This document shows positions 10,126 to 19,633 of a DNA stretch of 64,000 bases, piece by piece (position 1 is the first letter of the stretch; the number at the start of each line of letters is the position of its first letter). The position numbers were made by a program, and so were the translations under genes. A model generated the notes under the pieces. That model made no database searches, was not told the DNA's origin, and was given only the letters and a program-made list of their open reading frames with translations. Where the stretch lies: assembly GCA_020060565.1 (NCBI GenBank), contig JAGVAE010000001.1, positions 130,671 to 194,670 on the forward strand, given 5' to 3'. Origin of the DNA: Candidatus Woesebacteria bacterium. Its GTDB lineage: Bacteria > Patescibacteriota > Microgenomatia > UBA8517.

Positions 10126-10593
10126 TTATTTTACTATCTTGTGGGTTATTTTCTTGAAAAATCTATCCATCTGTTTTGCTCTCAAATTCCCTCTTAATTT
10201 ACTTGCCAAATACTTGGCATGGTTTGCATTATTTGATTCAAGTAAAGGGAGGGCTGGTTCTCCAATTTTTAATATAATCTCGGTAACGATTCCAGAAGAG
10301 GTTTTTCCATCTACTAAATTTTCTTGCACCCCAAGTAAAGCCCCAATTCTATCCCCCTTTCTAATCATGTTAAAATCCGAACCGATTTTTACAAGTTCAT
10401 TAATAATTGTAGGAAGATCCTCTCTTTTATTATGAGCCCACCAAAGTATTCCATCTCTGGCTTGTATGGCTTTAGATATTGTTTCTCCATCAGCTTTTAT
10501 GGGTTTTTTGTCTAAATCTTTAATCACAGTGAGATCGCTGATCATTGAATATAGACTCGGAATTTTCTTAGGGGTCTCACTGCTAATTTCCAT
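10126..10593 (-). CDS. Hypothetical protein
   Basis: 155-aa ORF filling the gap; TACAAT upstream. Confidence 0.55.
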   Translation of the reverse strand: MEISSETPKKIPSLYSMISDLTVIKDLDKKPIKADGETISKAIQARDGILWWAHNKREDLPTIINELVKIGSDFNMIRKGDRIGALLGVQENLVDGKTSSGIVTEIILKIGEPALPLLESNNANHAKYLASKLRGNLRAKQMDRFFKKITHKIVK

Positions 10594-10613
10594 CTGCGAC
10601 TATTGTAGCACTT

Positions 10614-11150
10614 TTAAGGCATGCAATTAGGCCAAATTGTACCTTTACCAATGCTTATTACGTACGCTGCGGTTTGTACTGCTTCTTCCGCATTAGTTCT
10701 TAAATCGGCATTGGTGTCTTCCCCCATTTTCCCTCTGTAATTTACCCATGCGGAGGCGCTAAATTGGAATAGACCTGTGTAAAGGCCATTTGGAGAACGC
10801 GATAATGGATTAAAGCCTGACTCGCACAAGGCCACATGGCGGATTACATCCGGGCTTACACCATATTGTCCCGCATACCTATTAACATATTCGTTAATTT
10901 GTTGAGAAGAGATGGGTTGAATGGTTGGATAGCTGGATGGTTGAATGGTTGGGGTTGGTTTAGGGGTGGGTGTGGGGGTAATTGTAGGAATTATGGTTGG
11001 TGTTTCTGTGGGAGTTATTGTAGGTATTACAGTTTCTTCCGCCAAAACTCTTTCCTTAGATTCATCTTCATTCATCATATATAGTGTTATTCCCTCTCCT
11101 ACAAGAATAATCAGAAGTACCGTAAGTATAATATTTTTCATCCGAGCCAT
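10614..11150 (-). CDS. Lysozyme-like/transglycosylase (SLT/Rpf-like) protein with TM anchor and PT linker
   Basis: VALCESGFN, YTGLFQF, WPNC motifs. Confidence 0.8.
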   Translation of the reverse strand: MARMKNIILTVLLIILVGEGITLYMMNEDESKERVLAEETVIPTITPTETPTIIPTITPTPTPKPTPTIQPSSYPTIQPISSQQINEYVNRYAGQYGVSPDVIRHVALCESGFNPLSRSPNGLYTGLFQFSASAWVNYRGKMGEDTNADLRTNAEEAVQTAAYVISIGKGTIWPNCMP

Positions 11151-11158
11151 TTTACCAC

Positions 11159-11542
11159 TTATTCTGCGGTTTCAATAAAGACTGGAGCTAAGCCGTTCTC
11201 TTTTCTGATTTCGTTGCAATCTTTACGGCCAAATGTGAAATTCCTAGCAGCATGTGACCTTTCTTCGTGAATTAAACATTCACCCTTGGGTGATCTATGA
11301 GGACAAGGACCATTTAATTGTAGTAATACAAAACCACTTGAAATGAGATGTTTTTTTCTGTTTCTTGTATAAAACGCACCCTGTACATTTTCATCTTTCA
11401 TTGTACGTAATGCTTCGATACTATCTACCCTGATGGCGTTTGGGAAAATACGTTTTCTTTCAAACTTAGTCAATTCTAAAGCTATATTTTGACAACAAAG
11501 ACCTAAGCACCCCGATCTCTTACAAGGATTTCTTTCCAACAT
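11159..11542 (-). CDS. YkgJ-like CxxCxxCC cysteine-cluster protein
   Basis: CKRSGCLGLCC...GPCPH...CLIHEER; start moved to ATG 7 nt after TACAAT. Confidence 0.65.
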   Translation of the reverse strand: MLERNPCKRSGCLGLCCQNIALELTKFERKRIFPNAIRVDSIEALRTMKDENVQGAFYTRNRKKHLISSGFVLLQLNGPCPHRSPKGECLIHEERSHAARNFTFGRKDCNEIRKENGLAPVFIETAE

Positions 11543-11579
11543 AGTCAGGATTGTACCATTTTGTAGTGAAGACTCCAAG

Positions 11580-11915
11580 CTATCTGATTAATATGTGTTT
11601 GAACCACTTTTCTTGGAATTCAACAAATTTTTCAATTTCTTTATTCGTAAAATTTTTTCCTTCAGGAACAATCACCAATTTATCATCATCATCATTAGTT
11701 CTATGAATGATTGCAATACATTCGCCCGAAAAGCTTTCTAGAGGGGTATCAATCCCCAAAACAAAAACATCCAACTCCTCTCCATCAGCCATTTTTGTAT
11801 CGGGAACATACCCGTAATTTACTGGATACTTATAACCATATTTTGGGTGTTTGCTACCCATGGGCCTATTTATTACAACATAGACACTTTTGTTGAGGTA
11901 ATCCTTAATATTCAT
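11580..11915 (-). CDS. Short soluble inorganic pyrophosphatase (family I-like)
   Basis: YPVNYGYVP, DGEELDV, DDDDKLV motifs. Confidence 0.85.
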   Translation of the reverse strand: MNIKDYLNKSVYVVINRPMGSKHPKYGYKYPVNYGYVPDTKMADGEELDVFVLGIDTPLESFSGECIAIIHRTNDDDDKLVIVPEGKNFTNKEIEKFVEFQEKWFKHILIR

Positions 11916-12094
11916 TTGCAAATTGAAGTAGGCATGGGGGCGGAAGGGGCGCCATGTTTCACCCAGACTCCCCCATCACAAATCCAAGTATCCTCACTCA
12001 TACGAAGAAATATTAAAAGTCCCACAAAAAGAAAACCTGCTAAGATAATTGCCATTACGATTTTGTTTTTTGTTTTGATCCTGGAAAGAAACAT
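11912..12094 (-). CDS. Small membrane protein (EDTWIC...WVKHG)
   Basis: TM helix plus Cys motif; TATAAT 7 nt before ATG; stop overlaps next start. Confidence 0.6.
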   Translation of the reverse strand: MFLSRIKTKNKIVMAIILAGFLFVGLLIFLRMSEDTWICDGGVWVKHGAPSAPMPTSICK

Positions 12095-12119
12095 ACACAT
12101 TATTATACAATAAACACCA

Positions 12120-12623
12120 ATGATTACATTTATTCTTCCTGGGTATTCCACAAAAAATAAAGAGTGGTTGGAAGAATGTGCAAAGAGCATTAGTTCTGAA
12201 GGGTATGTCCGTCCCATCTTCTGGGACCATTGGGATGATCCTGACCAAAAGTTTGATCCCAAAGAAAAAGCAGACTTAATCTCTCGCCATTCCAAAGGAG
12301 ATAAAATAAACATCATAGCCAAATCAATTGGAACTTATGTTGCAGCCTTAATCATTGAGCAAATTCCTCATCAAATAAATAAAGTAATTATCTGTGGAAT
12401 CCCATTAAATGACATTGATGAAGGTCGCAAGGAGGAAGTTAAAAAATCTATTGAAAGTTTGGATAATGAAAAGATTGTTTGTTTCCAAAATGAGAACGAT
12501 CCACATGGATCTTATCCAGAAGTTAAAACATTTTTATCTAATGAAATCAAAATTGTTTCAAAAGATAGAGCTGACCACGATTACCCCTTTTTTGAAGAAT
12601 TCAATAATTATCTAACTTCGTAA
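12120..12623 (+). CDS. Alpha/beta hydrolase-fold protein
   Basis: ILPG, IAKSIGT nucleophile elbow, NDP and H motifs. Confidence 0.75.
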   Translation: MITFILPGYSTKNKEWLEECAKSISSEGYVRPIFWDHWDDPDQKFDPKEKADLISRHSKGDKINIIAKSIGTYVAALIIEQIPHQINKVIICGIPLNDIDEGRKEEVKKSIESLDNEKIVCFQNENDPHGSYPEVKTFLSNEIKIVSKDRADHDYPFFEEFNNYLTS

Positions 12624-13378
12624 CTTAGAGAGACTGCAACATTTAATTCAGTTTGTCCAGGTTGAATATCTGGTTGGGCAACAGGCACTCCACTACCTGC
12701 AGAATCTATAGATAACTTTTCAGCATAGACGGGTCTAACTATATTTTGATTTTGGTTTTCAGAAACATTGATTACTCTTCCTAAGGTTATACCTGCAGCC
12801 TTTGCAAGTCCTTCGGCTTTGGCTTTAGCTTCTTTTACAGCTTCAACTCTTGCTTCATTCATTTTTTCAGTTTTAGTTGATTCATTGAGGTCAAAACTAA
12901 TACTTCCCACAACATTTGCACCAGCCGCAGTTGCGGCAACAACTATATCGTTTACTTTATCAAAATCTTTAACTGTAACTATGTAATTCGTTGAAACTTG
13001 ATAACCTGTAATTCTTTGGACGTTGCTTGAGTAGTCATATTGAGGATAGACATTATATGCGGAAGTTTTGATGTCTTTCTCCTCTACTCCAAGTTTTTTA
13101 ATAGCGTCTGTTAGTGTTTTAGACTTTGTATTAACAGCATTCTGGACAGTTTTCAGAGAACTGCCATTCTCTTGGATTCCCAAAGTTATGTTTGCAACAT
13201 CAGGAGTTACCGAGACCTTTCCCTCCCCTGTTACAATAAAAGGCTCACCTTTGGACTGAGTGGTTGAACTAAAATTAATTGCAGGTCCCCACTTAGCAAA
13301 AACAAAAAGAAGAACAAAAAATATTACAACTGCTGGAATCGCTGCTGATTGTGGTGGTACTACCTTCTTTTCTTCCAT
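12608..13378 (-). CDS. SIMPL (DUF541) domain protein
   Basis: VTGEGKVSVTPD, AVKEAKAKAEGLA, IQPGQ motifs. Confidence 0.9.
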   Translation of the reverse strand: MEEKKVVPPQSAAIPAVVIFFVLLFVFAKWGPAINFSSTTQSKGEPFIVTGEGKVSVTPDVANITLGIQENGSSLKTVQNAVNTKSKTLTDAIKKLGVEEKDIKTSAYNVYPQYDYSSNVQRITGYQVSTNYIVTVKDFDKVNDIVVAATAAGANVVGSISFDLNESTKTEKMNEARVEAVKEAKAKAEGLAKAAGITLGRVINVSENQNQNIVRPVYAEKLSIDSAGSGVPVAQPDIQPGQTELNVAVSLSYEVR

Positions 13379-13431
13379 TAATTAATACTAATGCTAATTG
13401 TGTTTTTTTGCAATTGTGATTAAATTAGAAT

Positions 13432-13749
13432 ATGAACCTCACAAAACAGGATTTAAAAGCGTTTAAAGGTTTAATTGAGGAAACTTTTGATAATAAGATT
13501 AAGGAAAAGGGTCTTTCAACCAAAGACGATCTAAAGAGCTTTGCAACTAAAGATGATTTAAATGCTATCAAAAGTGATACAAATAATATTCAAGAAGTTA
13601 TAAAAACATTGGCAACCAAAAAAGATGTTCAGAAAATCGATAAAAAATTTGATAAGTTATTCAATTTTTTAGACAAAGATTATTTAAGAGTTAAGAGAGA
13701 CGTGCGTGAGATTGAATCTCATCTAAATATCCCCGTATCTGATTTTTGA
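13432..13749 (+). CDS. Coiled-coil hypothetical protein with TKDDL repeats
   Basis: LTKQDL/STKDDL/ATKDDL/ATKKDV repeats. Confidence 0.65.
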   Translation: MNLTKQDLKAFKGLIEETFDNKIKEKGLSTKDDLKSFATKDDLNAIKSDTNNIQEVIKTLATKKDVQKIDKKFDKLFNFLDKDYLRVKRDVREIESHLNIPVSDF

Positions 13750-13816
13750 TCTTCAGGTTTGACAAAGAAGAAAGTGAGTTGCAAATACAGAAATCAAGTA
13801 GTACACTTCAGGCCAA

Positions 13817-14180
13817 ATGGCACCGATTGAAGCAAAAGTCTTTTTTGTTGATGACGAAAGATCCCACCATGAACTGGGCAGGGTTTATCTTGAACAGGCA
13901 GGCCACCAAATAGTGGAAACTGCTAGGACTGTGGAGGAAGCTATGGCAAAAATCCCCACTTGATAAAAAGGGTGTGAATGTTGCCGTTGTAGATGGTAAT
14001 CTTTCAAAGGAATATGGAGGTACAAGAGATGGTGAAAAAATAGTCTCTGAAATTAAAAAACAACATCCTCAAATTAAAGTTATTGGACACGCATCAGACG
14101 ACCTTATCTATAATGCTGATGTTAACAGCACAAAATTTCAAGGTAGTGAGAGACTGGTGGAAACCGTAACGAATATCTAA
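13817..14180 (+). pseudogene. Frameshifted CheY-like response regulator receiver
   Basis: Frame A MAPIEAKVFFVDDE...AMAKIPT* (13817-13963); frame B continues LDKKGVNVAVVDGNL. Confidence 0.7.
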
Positions 14181-14183
14181 ACC

Positions 14184-17100
14184 TTAAATCTCTTCCTCTT
14201 CATCAACTGCTTTTTCCAAAACTGCGGCGGCGGCAACCGAATCTCCTTTATCTGCAAAGCGCATTAAGATTACTCCCTGAGTTGCACGACCTAGTTCTGG
14301 AATGTTTCTTAGTGGAAGCTTTATCACTTGTCCCATTTTTGAAGTAATGATTATCTGGTCAATGTTTGGTGTAACCATTGCCGCGGTTTTAAGATCTCCC
14401 GTTTTATCTGTTACAACTGCAGCCTTAACTCCTTTACCTGCCCTCTTTTGTACCGGGAATAAATGAATTGGAGTACGCTTTCCCAGCCCTTTTTCTGCAA
14501 TTGTTAGGATGTCTCTAAAATATTTCTTTCTTTTGTCAGTTGGAATGTTCTCTTTTGCTGGGAAAACATCCATTCCAATAAGCTCATCATTGCCCTCCAT
14601 TTTTATTCCCGTTACTCCAGTTGTTGCTCTTCCCATGGGGCGCACATTTGCCTCGGGGAACCTTATTGATTTTGCAGCCTTTGTTAAAAGAATGATGTGG
14701 TCATCTCCCCCTGTTGGGTGAACTGAAATAAGTTGGTCATCACTTTTTAGTTTGATAGCAATAAGCCCCGATGCTCTAAGATTTTCAAACTCTCCTATTT
14801 TTGTTTTTTTGATTACCCCACTCTTTGTTGCCATTATTAGATTTTTAATTCCGCTATCTTTGGCAAGAGGTAGAACACTCCTTATTTCCTCCCCGCTCTC
14901 AAGATTTAGAAGATTTACAAGTGCCTGACCTTTGGCCTGACGGGAAGTTTCGGGAATCTCCCAGGCTTTTGTCCCAAAAACTCGGCCTTTATTGGTAAAG
15001 AATAAAATTTGGTCATGAGTGGAGGCTGATAAAATATGTTCTATTTCATCCTCTTCTTTTGTAGTCATTCCGATTACACCCTTTCCACCCCTTCTTTGGG
15101 CTCTGTAGCTCGTTGCTGAAAGCCTTTTAATATATCCAGTCTTTGTGATAGTTATTAGAGTTTCTTCTTTGGCAACTAAATCTTCCTCACTGATTTCCCC
15201 CAAAGCGGATTTATATATTTTAGTTCTCCTTGTGTCTCCATATTTTTCTTTTAATTCTGTAAGTTCTTTGGTAATAATATCCAAAACTTTTTGTGGATCG
15301 CGTAGAATTGATACAAGCCGGTCAATTAGTTTTTCAATTTCTTCATATTCTTTCTCAATCTTCTCGCGCTCCAAAGCTGCAAGACGCCTAAGCTGCATAT
15401 CAAGTATTGCAGTTGCTTGAATTTCGGAAAGCTTAAATCTGGTGATTAAATTGGTCTTGGCGTCATCCTGGGTTTTACTCTCCCTAATGGTTTTGATTAC
15501 TGCATCAAGATTATCAAGGGCAATCTTAAGTCCTTCTAAAATATGTGCACGTTTCTTGGCTTCGGTTAGATCAAAAATAGTTCGTCTTGTGACCACCTTT
15601 TGTCTGTGCTTTACAAACTCAGACAAAATTTGTTTAAGATTTAAAGTATGTGGAGTTCCATCAACAAGTGCGACAAAATTAGCAGGGAAAGAACTTTGAA
15701 GACGTGTGTGTTTATAAATATTGTTTAAAACCGACTTGGGTTTGGCATCACGCTTCAGATCCACCACAACTCTCATACCATCTTTATCTGATTCGTCTCT
15801 AAGGTCGGCAATTCCAACAACTTTTTTATCCTTAACCAGTTCTGCAATTTTGGCAACTAATTCGGCTTTGTTTACTTGATATGGAAGCTCAGTAATAATT
15901 ATTTGGGTTTTACCTTTTGCACCTTCCGTTATCTCCGCAATTCCTCTTACCACAATTCTCCCGCGACCCGTTGCATATACCTCTTTAAGAGAATTTGCAT
16001 CATAAATTGCACCCCCTGTTGGAAAATCTGGACCTGGAATTACTTTTGTTAATTCTTCAAGTTCAATTTCACTTTCAAAGGAAATTGACTTAGGATCAAC
16101 CTCCTCTTCTGTTAATCCTTTTTCCTGCCCTGCTGCAACCAAATTAATCTTTTTGAGTACGAAATCGGTCTGATCTTTTTGCTCAGTACCTTCTGTAATT
16201 ACTTTTCCCTTGGCAATCATTGCGACGATTGCATCAACAACTTCGTTTAAATTATGGGGAGGGATTTTAGTAGCCATTCCAACTGCAATACCTTCCGACC
16301 CCATTAGAAGCAAGTTAGGTAAAACCGAGGGAAGATATACTGGTTCTTTCATTGTTGCATCAAAAGTGTCTGTAAAATCTACGGTGTCTTTTTCCATGTC
16401 AGAAAGCATCATGTCTGAAATCTTTGCAAGCTTCACCTCGGTATTATGACTAATAAACCCGTTTGAAATAAATGAATGATTTGAGCTGTCAACTCCTATA
16501 GAATAAACACGTTCTTTTGTTGAATTTTCGACTTTTGTAATTTTATCGAATAAAAATCCGTTTTTAGAAATTTCTTCAAATACTGTTCTATCCTCCTTAT
16601 CTAGAATTTTATTTAACTCAGGCCATATATTTTTAAGTTTTGAATACCTATCAAAATTATGTTTTTTAAGCCAGTCTGTGTTTTTAGCATACTTAACCGA
16701 ATTTCGAACATATTCTGAAATAAATGGAATAAAATCGGTTTTACTCATTACCCAATCATCGGAATTCATTTCTGAAATTTCCATTAATTTCTTATTTTTC
16801 CTTTCGGAAACAAATCCGACCCTGTCTTTAAACAGATTTAGATTATTTCGACCTCTGAATAACAACTTATGAATATCTTTTGACGGCTGATATCTATTTG
16901 ACGATTCAATCCCAAATCTGAGTAAAATAATTTGCAGCTCTGAAAGTAGTTTTTTACTTTTTGAGATGAAGGATATTTCAGGAGCGCCTGACAAATAAAC
17001 ACTTCCATCCCCTTCAGCATATCCTTTCAAGAAAGCAGACAAACTTTCTTTTGATGATAAAAATATTATCTTCGGAACCGTCTTTTCCCCTGCTCTTGCC

Positions 17101-18107
17101 CTAACTAGTCCCAAGTTATTTAAAAATTGAATAATCTGAAGAGAATGAATTTCAAGTGATATATATGGTTTTTTGGTAAAACCTACAGGATTTCTTTTAA
17201 ATTCATGCAATCTGCAATCAGGAAAGACTTTAGCAAAAGCCGTTTTAAAAGCTTCAAGATATTCACTGTCGCTATTTGTAAAGCCTATTTGTTCTTTTGA
17301 AACACTACCCTCTGCAATTAAAGATCCTAAAATAAATGCCAGATCGGGAGACATCTTTTTTGGAAGTTTATGTTCATCAGTTCTTTTATCTTTTAACTTG
17401 GGGTAAAAACTGGTAAGTATCGGGTCGGTTGGAAATAATTCATCTGACCTGTTTATTACTGCATATTCTCCATTTTTAATTCCACCCAGCATTTTCCAGG
17501 CAAGAGATGGTTTTCCGTTCTCATCAAACCCCCAGGTTAAGATGGGATGATTAACTGATCCCTGAAGAGAGAAACCCCTGAAAGTTTCTATCTTTATTGT
17601 TGGGTGAACCCCTGAATCAAACCATTTTGGTGCATTTTTAACTATATTGTTGTAAGAAAGTATCTTTACATTTTTCCTTCCACCAACATCCTTTATTCTT
17701 TCAAGTCCACCATCGGTAATAACCAAAGAGTCGCCTGTGACACAATACCTCATTGCAGCTGCAGGATCACCATCAACAGAACCAAAGTTTCCCTGTCCAT
17801 GAACCAGTGGGTATCTCATGGAGAAAGTCTGCGCCAAGCGCACCATAGCATCATACACTGCAGTATCTCCATGTGGATGATACTTGCCCAATACTTCTCC
17901 TACGACCTTAGCAGACTTTGTTGTAGAAGAGCCTGTAAAATGAAGTCCCATTAAATGCATTGCATAAAGAATGCGTCTATGAACGGGTTTAAGGCCATCA
18001 CGGACATCAGGAAGGGCACGGGCAACAATGACACTCATTGCATAGTCCAAGTAGGATTTTGAAAGCTCAGTTGTAATTTCTGTGAGTTGAATTTTACCTA
18101 TATCCAT
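14184..18107 (-). CDS. gyrA: DNA gyrase subunit A (intein-containing)
   Basis: [21 protein letters not shown], GyrA box QRRGGKG, C-terminal pinwheel repeats. Confidence 0.97.
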   Translation of the reverse strand: MDIGKIQLTEITTELSKSYLDYAMSVIVARALPDVRDGLKPVHRRILYAMHLMGLHFTGSSTTKSAKVVGEVLGKYHPHGDTAVYDAMVRLAQTFSMRYPLVHGQGNFGSVDGDPAAAMRYCVTGDSLVITDGGLERIKDVGGRKNVKILSYNNIVKNAPKWFDSGVHPTIKIETFRGFSLQGSVNHPILTWGFDENGKPSLAWKMLGGIKNGEYAVINRSDELFPTDPILTSFYPKLKDKRTDEHKLPKKMSPDLAFILGSLIAEGSVSKEQIGFTNSDSEYLEAFKTAFAKVFPDCRLHEFKRNPVGFTKKPYISLEIHSLQIIQFLNNLGLVRARAGEKTVPKIIFLSSKESLSAFLKGYAEGDGSVYLSGAPEISFISKSKKLLSELQIILLRFGIESSNRYQPSKDIHKLLFRGRNNLNLFKDRVGFVSERKNKKLMEISEMNSDDWVMSKTDFIPFISEYVRNSVKYAKNTDWLKKHNFDRYSKLKNIWPELNKILDKEDRTVFEEISKNGFLFDKITKVENSTKERVYSIGVDSSNHSFISNGFISHNTEVKLAKISDMMLSDMEKDTVDFTDTFDATMKEPVYLPSVLPNLLLMGSEGIAVGMATKIPPHNLNEVVDAIVAMIAKGKVITEGTEQKDQTDFVLKKINLVAAGQEKGLTEEEVDPKSISFESEIELEELTKVIPGPDFPTGGAIYDANSLKEVYATGRGRIVVRGIAEITEGAKGKTQIIITELPYQVNKAELVAKIAELVKDKKVVGIADLRDESDKDGMRVVVDLKRDAKPKSVLNNIYKHTRLQSSFPANFVALVDGTPHTLNLKQILSEFVKHRQKVVTRRTIFDLTEAKKRAHILEGLKIALDNLDAVIKTIRESKTQDDAKTNLITRFKLSEIQATAILDMQLRRLAALEREKIEKEYEEIEKLIDRLVSILRDPQKVLDIITKELTELKEKYGDTRRTKIYKSALGEISEEDLVAKEETLITITKTGYIKRLSATSYRAQRRGGKGVIGMTTKEEDEIEHILSASTHDQILFFTNKGRVFGTKAWEIPETSRQAKGQALVNLLNLESGEEIRSVLPLAKDSGIKNLIMATKSGVIKKTKIGEFENLRASGLIAIKLKSDDQLISVHPTGGDDHIILLTKAAKSIRFPEANVRPMGRATTGVTGIKMEGNDELIGMDVFPAKENIPTDKRKKYFRDILTIAEKGLGKRTPIHLFPVQKRAGKGVKAAVVTDKTGDLKTAAMVTPNIDQIIITSKMGQVIKLPLRNIPELGRATQGVILMRFADKGDSVAAAAVLEKAVDEEEEI
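16443..17744 (-). mobile_element. 434-aa intein with LAGLIDADG homing endonuclease in GyrA
   Basis: AAMRY|CVTGD...FISHN|TEVKL; block B NHPI; blocks [10 protein letters not shown] and [10 protein letters not shown]. Confidence 0.95.
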
Positions 18108-18140
18108 GAGTACAAAATGAGGCTACTTCAGCCTCAAATC

Positions 18141-18169
18141 ATTTTAACCCTTTGAAGCCCTAGAAGCAA
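18141..18169 (-). promoter_or_regulatory. Putative gyrA promoter
   Basis: Minus strand TTGCTT-17 nt-TAAAAT upstream of gyrA. Confidence 0.55.
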
Positions 18170-18175
18170 TGGGAA
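18144..18175 (+). repeat. 32-bp direct repeat, copy 1 (copy 2 at 19586-19617)
   Basis: ttaaccctttgaagccctagaagcaatgggaa identical in both copies. Confidence 0.95.
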
Positions 18176-18183
18176 AAGGAACT

Positions 18184-18762
18184 TCAAATAGGTTTGGCAG
18201 TAATTATTGCTCTTTGAGAGTCAAAAAGTCCCCAGCAGGTGTAGACGGTAAGAACCTCCGTGTTTGTTGGTGAAACAGCTTCTACCCTTTCCGGCGATAC
18301 AAAGTGTTTTTGATATACAACATAGGTATAAATTTTCTCGCTTTTGGTTTTGATAGATATCTTTTGTCCTAGGCTTAGATATGGAAGATTGCCAAAAACA
18401 GCCTTTTTATTGTGGCCGTAAATTACAATGTTTCCCCCACCCCCAGGTACGGCTGATGTATCAAGAAAAGTGGCGTTGTTATCCGAAATTTGCCAGACGC
18501 CATCTTTAATTTGTCCCGGATCCACCCTTAAGTCCATTTTAATGGAGGGAATTATAATTTCTACGGGAATGTCCAAGTTTTGGGTACTTTTGGAAGCTGA
18601 GGCTGGAACTTTAGAAAACGACAAAATTCTAACTCTGTAGTAATTAAAAGCGCCAAAAGAAAAAATAAGAAGGCCGATAAGAACTAAAACAAAGGGGAAA
18701 AGCTTACTTTTTCGAAGAAGCCTTTTTAAGGTTTTTGATGCCGAATGCAGAAAGTGTTCCAC
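18184..18762 (-). CDS. Sortase
   Basis: N-terminal TM, YGHN, VYTC and downstream Arg; exact start uncertain. Confidence 0.9.
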   Translation of the reverse strand: MEHFLHSASKTLKRLLRKSKLFPFVLVLIGLLIFSFGAFNYYRVRILSFSKVPASASKSTQNLDIPVEIIIPSIKMDLRVDPGQIKDGVWQISDNNATFLDTSAVPGGGGNIVIYGHNKKAVFGNLPYLSLGQKISIKTKSEKIYTYVVYQKHFVSPERVEAVSPTNTEVLTVYTCWGLFDSQRAIITAKPI

Positions 18763-19483
18763 CTAAAGTCATTATAGCTAAATATAAGTCTTCGGCAAAG
18801 TTTCCGGTACCTGCCATTGTAGATGCTCCCAATACTTGTGTAGATGCTCCCAATACTTGTACTTGGGAAGCACCGACAGTGTTGCCGCTGCAGTCGTTGT
18901 TGGCACAACCTAATCCGTCTCCACCACCATCATGAACAACAGTAACTGTGGTAACAGTAGCTACAGGTGTAGCAGTAGGAATTATTTCTTCTTCTGATGG
19001 ATAACAAACACCGTCTATAAGGTCATATCCCTGAGGTGCGGTAGGGATAGAATCCATCCATTCAGCATTGTCATCCTTAAAACTCTTGATCTGATCATTG
19101 GTCATCTTATAATCGTCTTTCAAGACACTATCCTGGGGACGATGACATTTATGGGGATCTTTGTTATCTTTATTATAAGAGACCTTTATTTCAGGAGTAT
19201 ATAAGACTTTATCGGTATACATCTTATATTTGTCATTTCCTGTTCCGAAATCTTTTTTACAGGCTTTTGTTTTATCATCACTAGTGTAGGCCAATTCGTC
19301 AGTCGGACAAACCATTAATGAAATTACTGGGCAAGAGTAAACACAATAATCAACCTTTGGGGTAGCACTTGGTTTAACCTTTGCCGAAACCGACGAGAAT
19401 GATTGACCCAGAAGAAAACACGCAACAGCGAACACTGCTGTAAGGGTTAAGATGGAAACCTCGCCTGTGTTTAATTTACTCAT
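18704..19483 (-). CDS. Secreted protein, probable sortase substrate
   Basis: Signal peptide; QVLGAST x2 (21-bp tandem repeat 18818-18859), MAGTG, hydrophobic helix, Lys-rich tail. Confidence 0.75.
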   Translation of the reverse strand: MSKLNTGEVSILTLTAVFAVACFLLGQSFSSVSAKVKPSATPKVDYCVYSCPVISLMVCPTDELAYTSDDKTKACKKDFGTGNDKYKMYTDKVLYTPEIKVSYNKDNKDPHKCHRPQDSVLKDDYKMTNDQIKSFKDDNAEWMDSIPTAPQGYDLIDGVCYPSEEEIIPTATPVATVTTVTVVHDGGGDGLGCANNDCSGNTVGASQVQVLGASTQVLGASTMAGTGNFAEDLYLAIMTLGGTLSAFGIKNLKKASSKK

Positions 19484-19585
19484 ATTTTTCTAAACTGGGC
19501 TGGTGTTATCAGCACTTTTTCAATATGTCAAGTATTAGTTATGGGTTTACCACTTTTTTCTTTTAGCGATCCAATAACCAACTCC

Positions 19586-19617
19586 TTAACCCTTTGAAGC
19601 CCTAGAAGCAATGGGAA
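19586..19617 (+). repeat. 32-bp direct repeat, copy 2 (truncated gyrA promoter copy)
   Basis: Identical to 18144-18175; -10 reads TAAGGA rather than TAAAAT. Confidence 0.95.
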
Positions 19618-19633
19618 GATGGTTAAAACTGCT

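Noticed and set aside
10920-11030. G/T-rich low-complexity tract
   Set aside because: Encodes the Pro/Thr linker of the transglycosylase-like protein.
18144-19617. 32-bp repeats as a CRISPR array
   Set aside because: Only two copies 1.4 kb apart, no cas genes.
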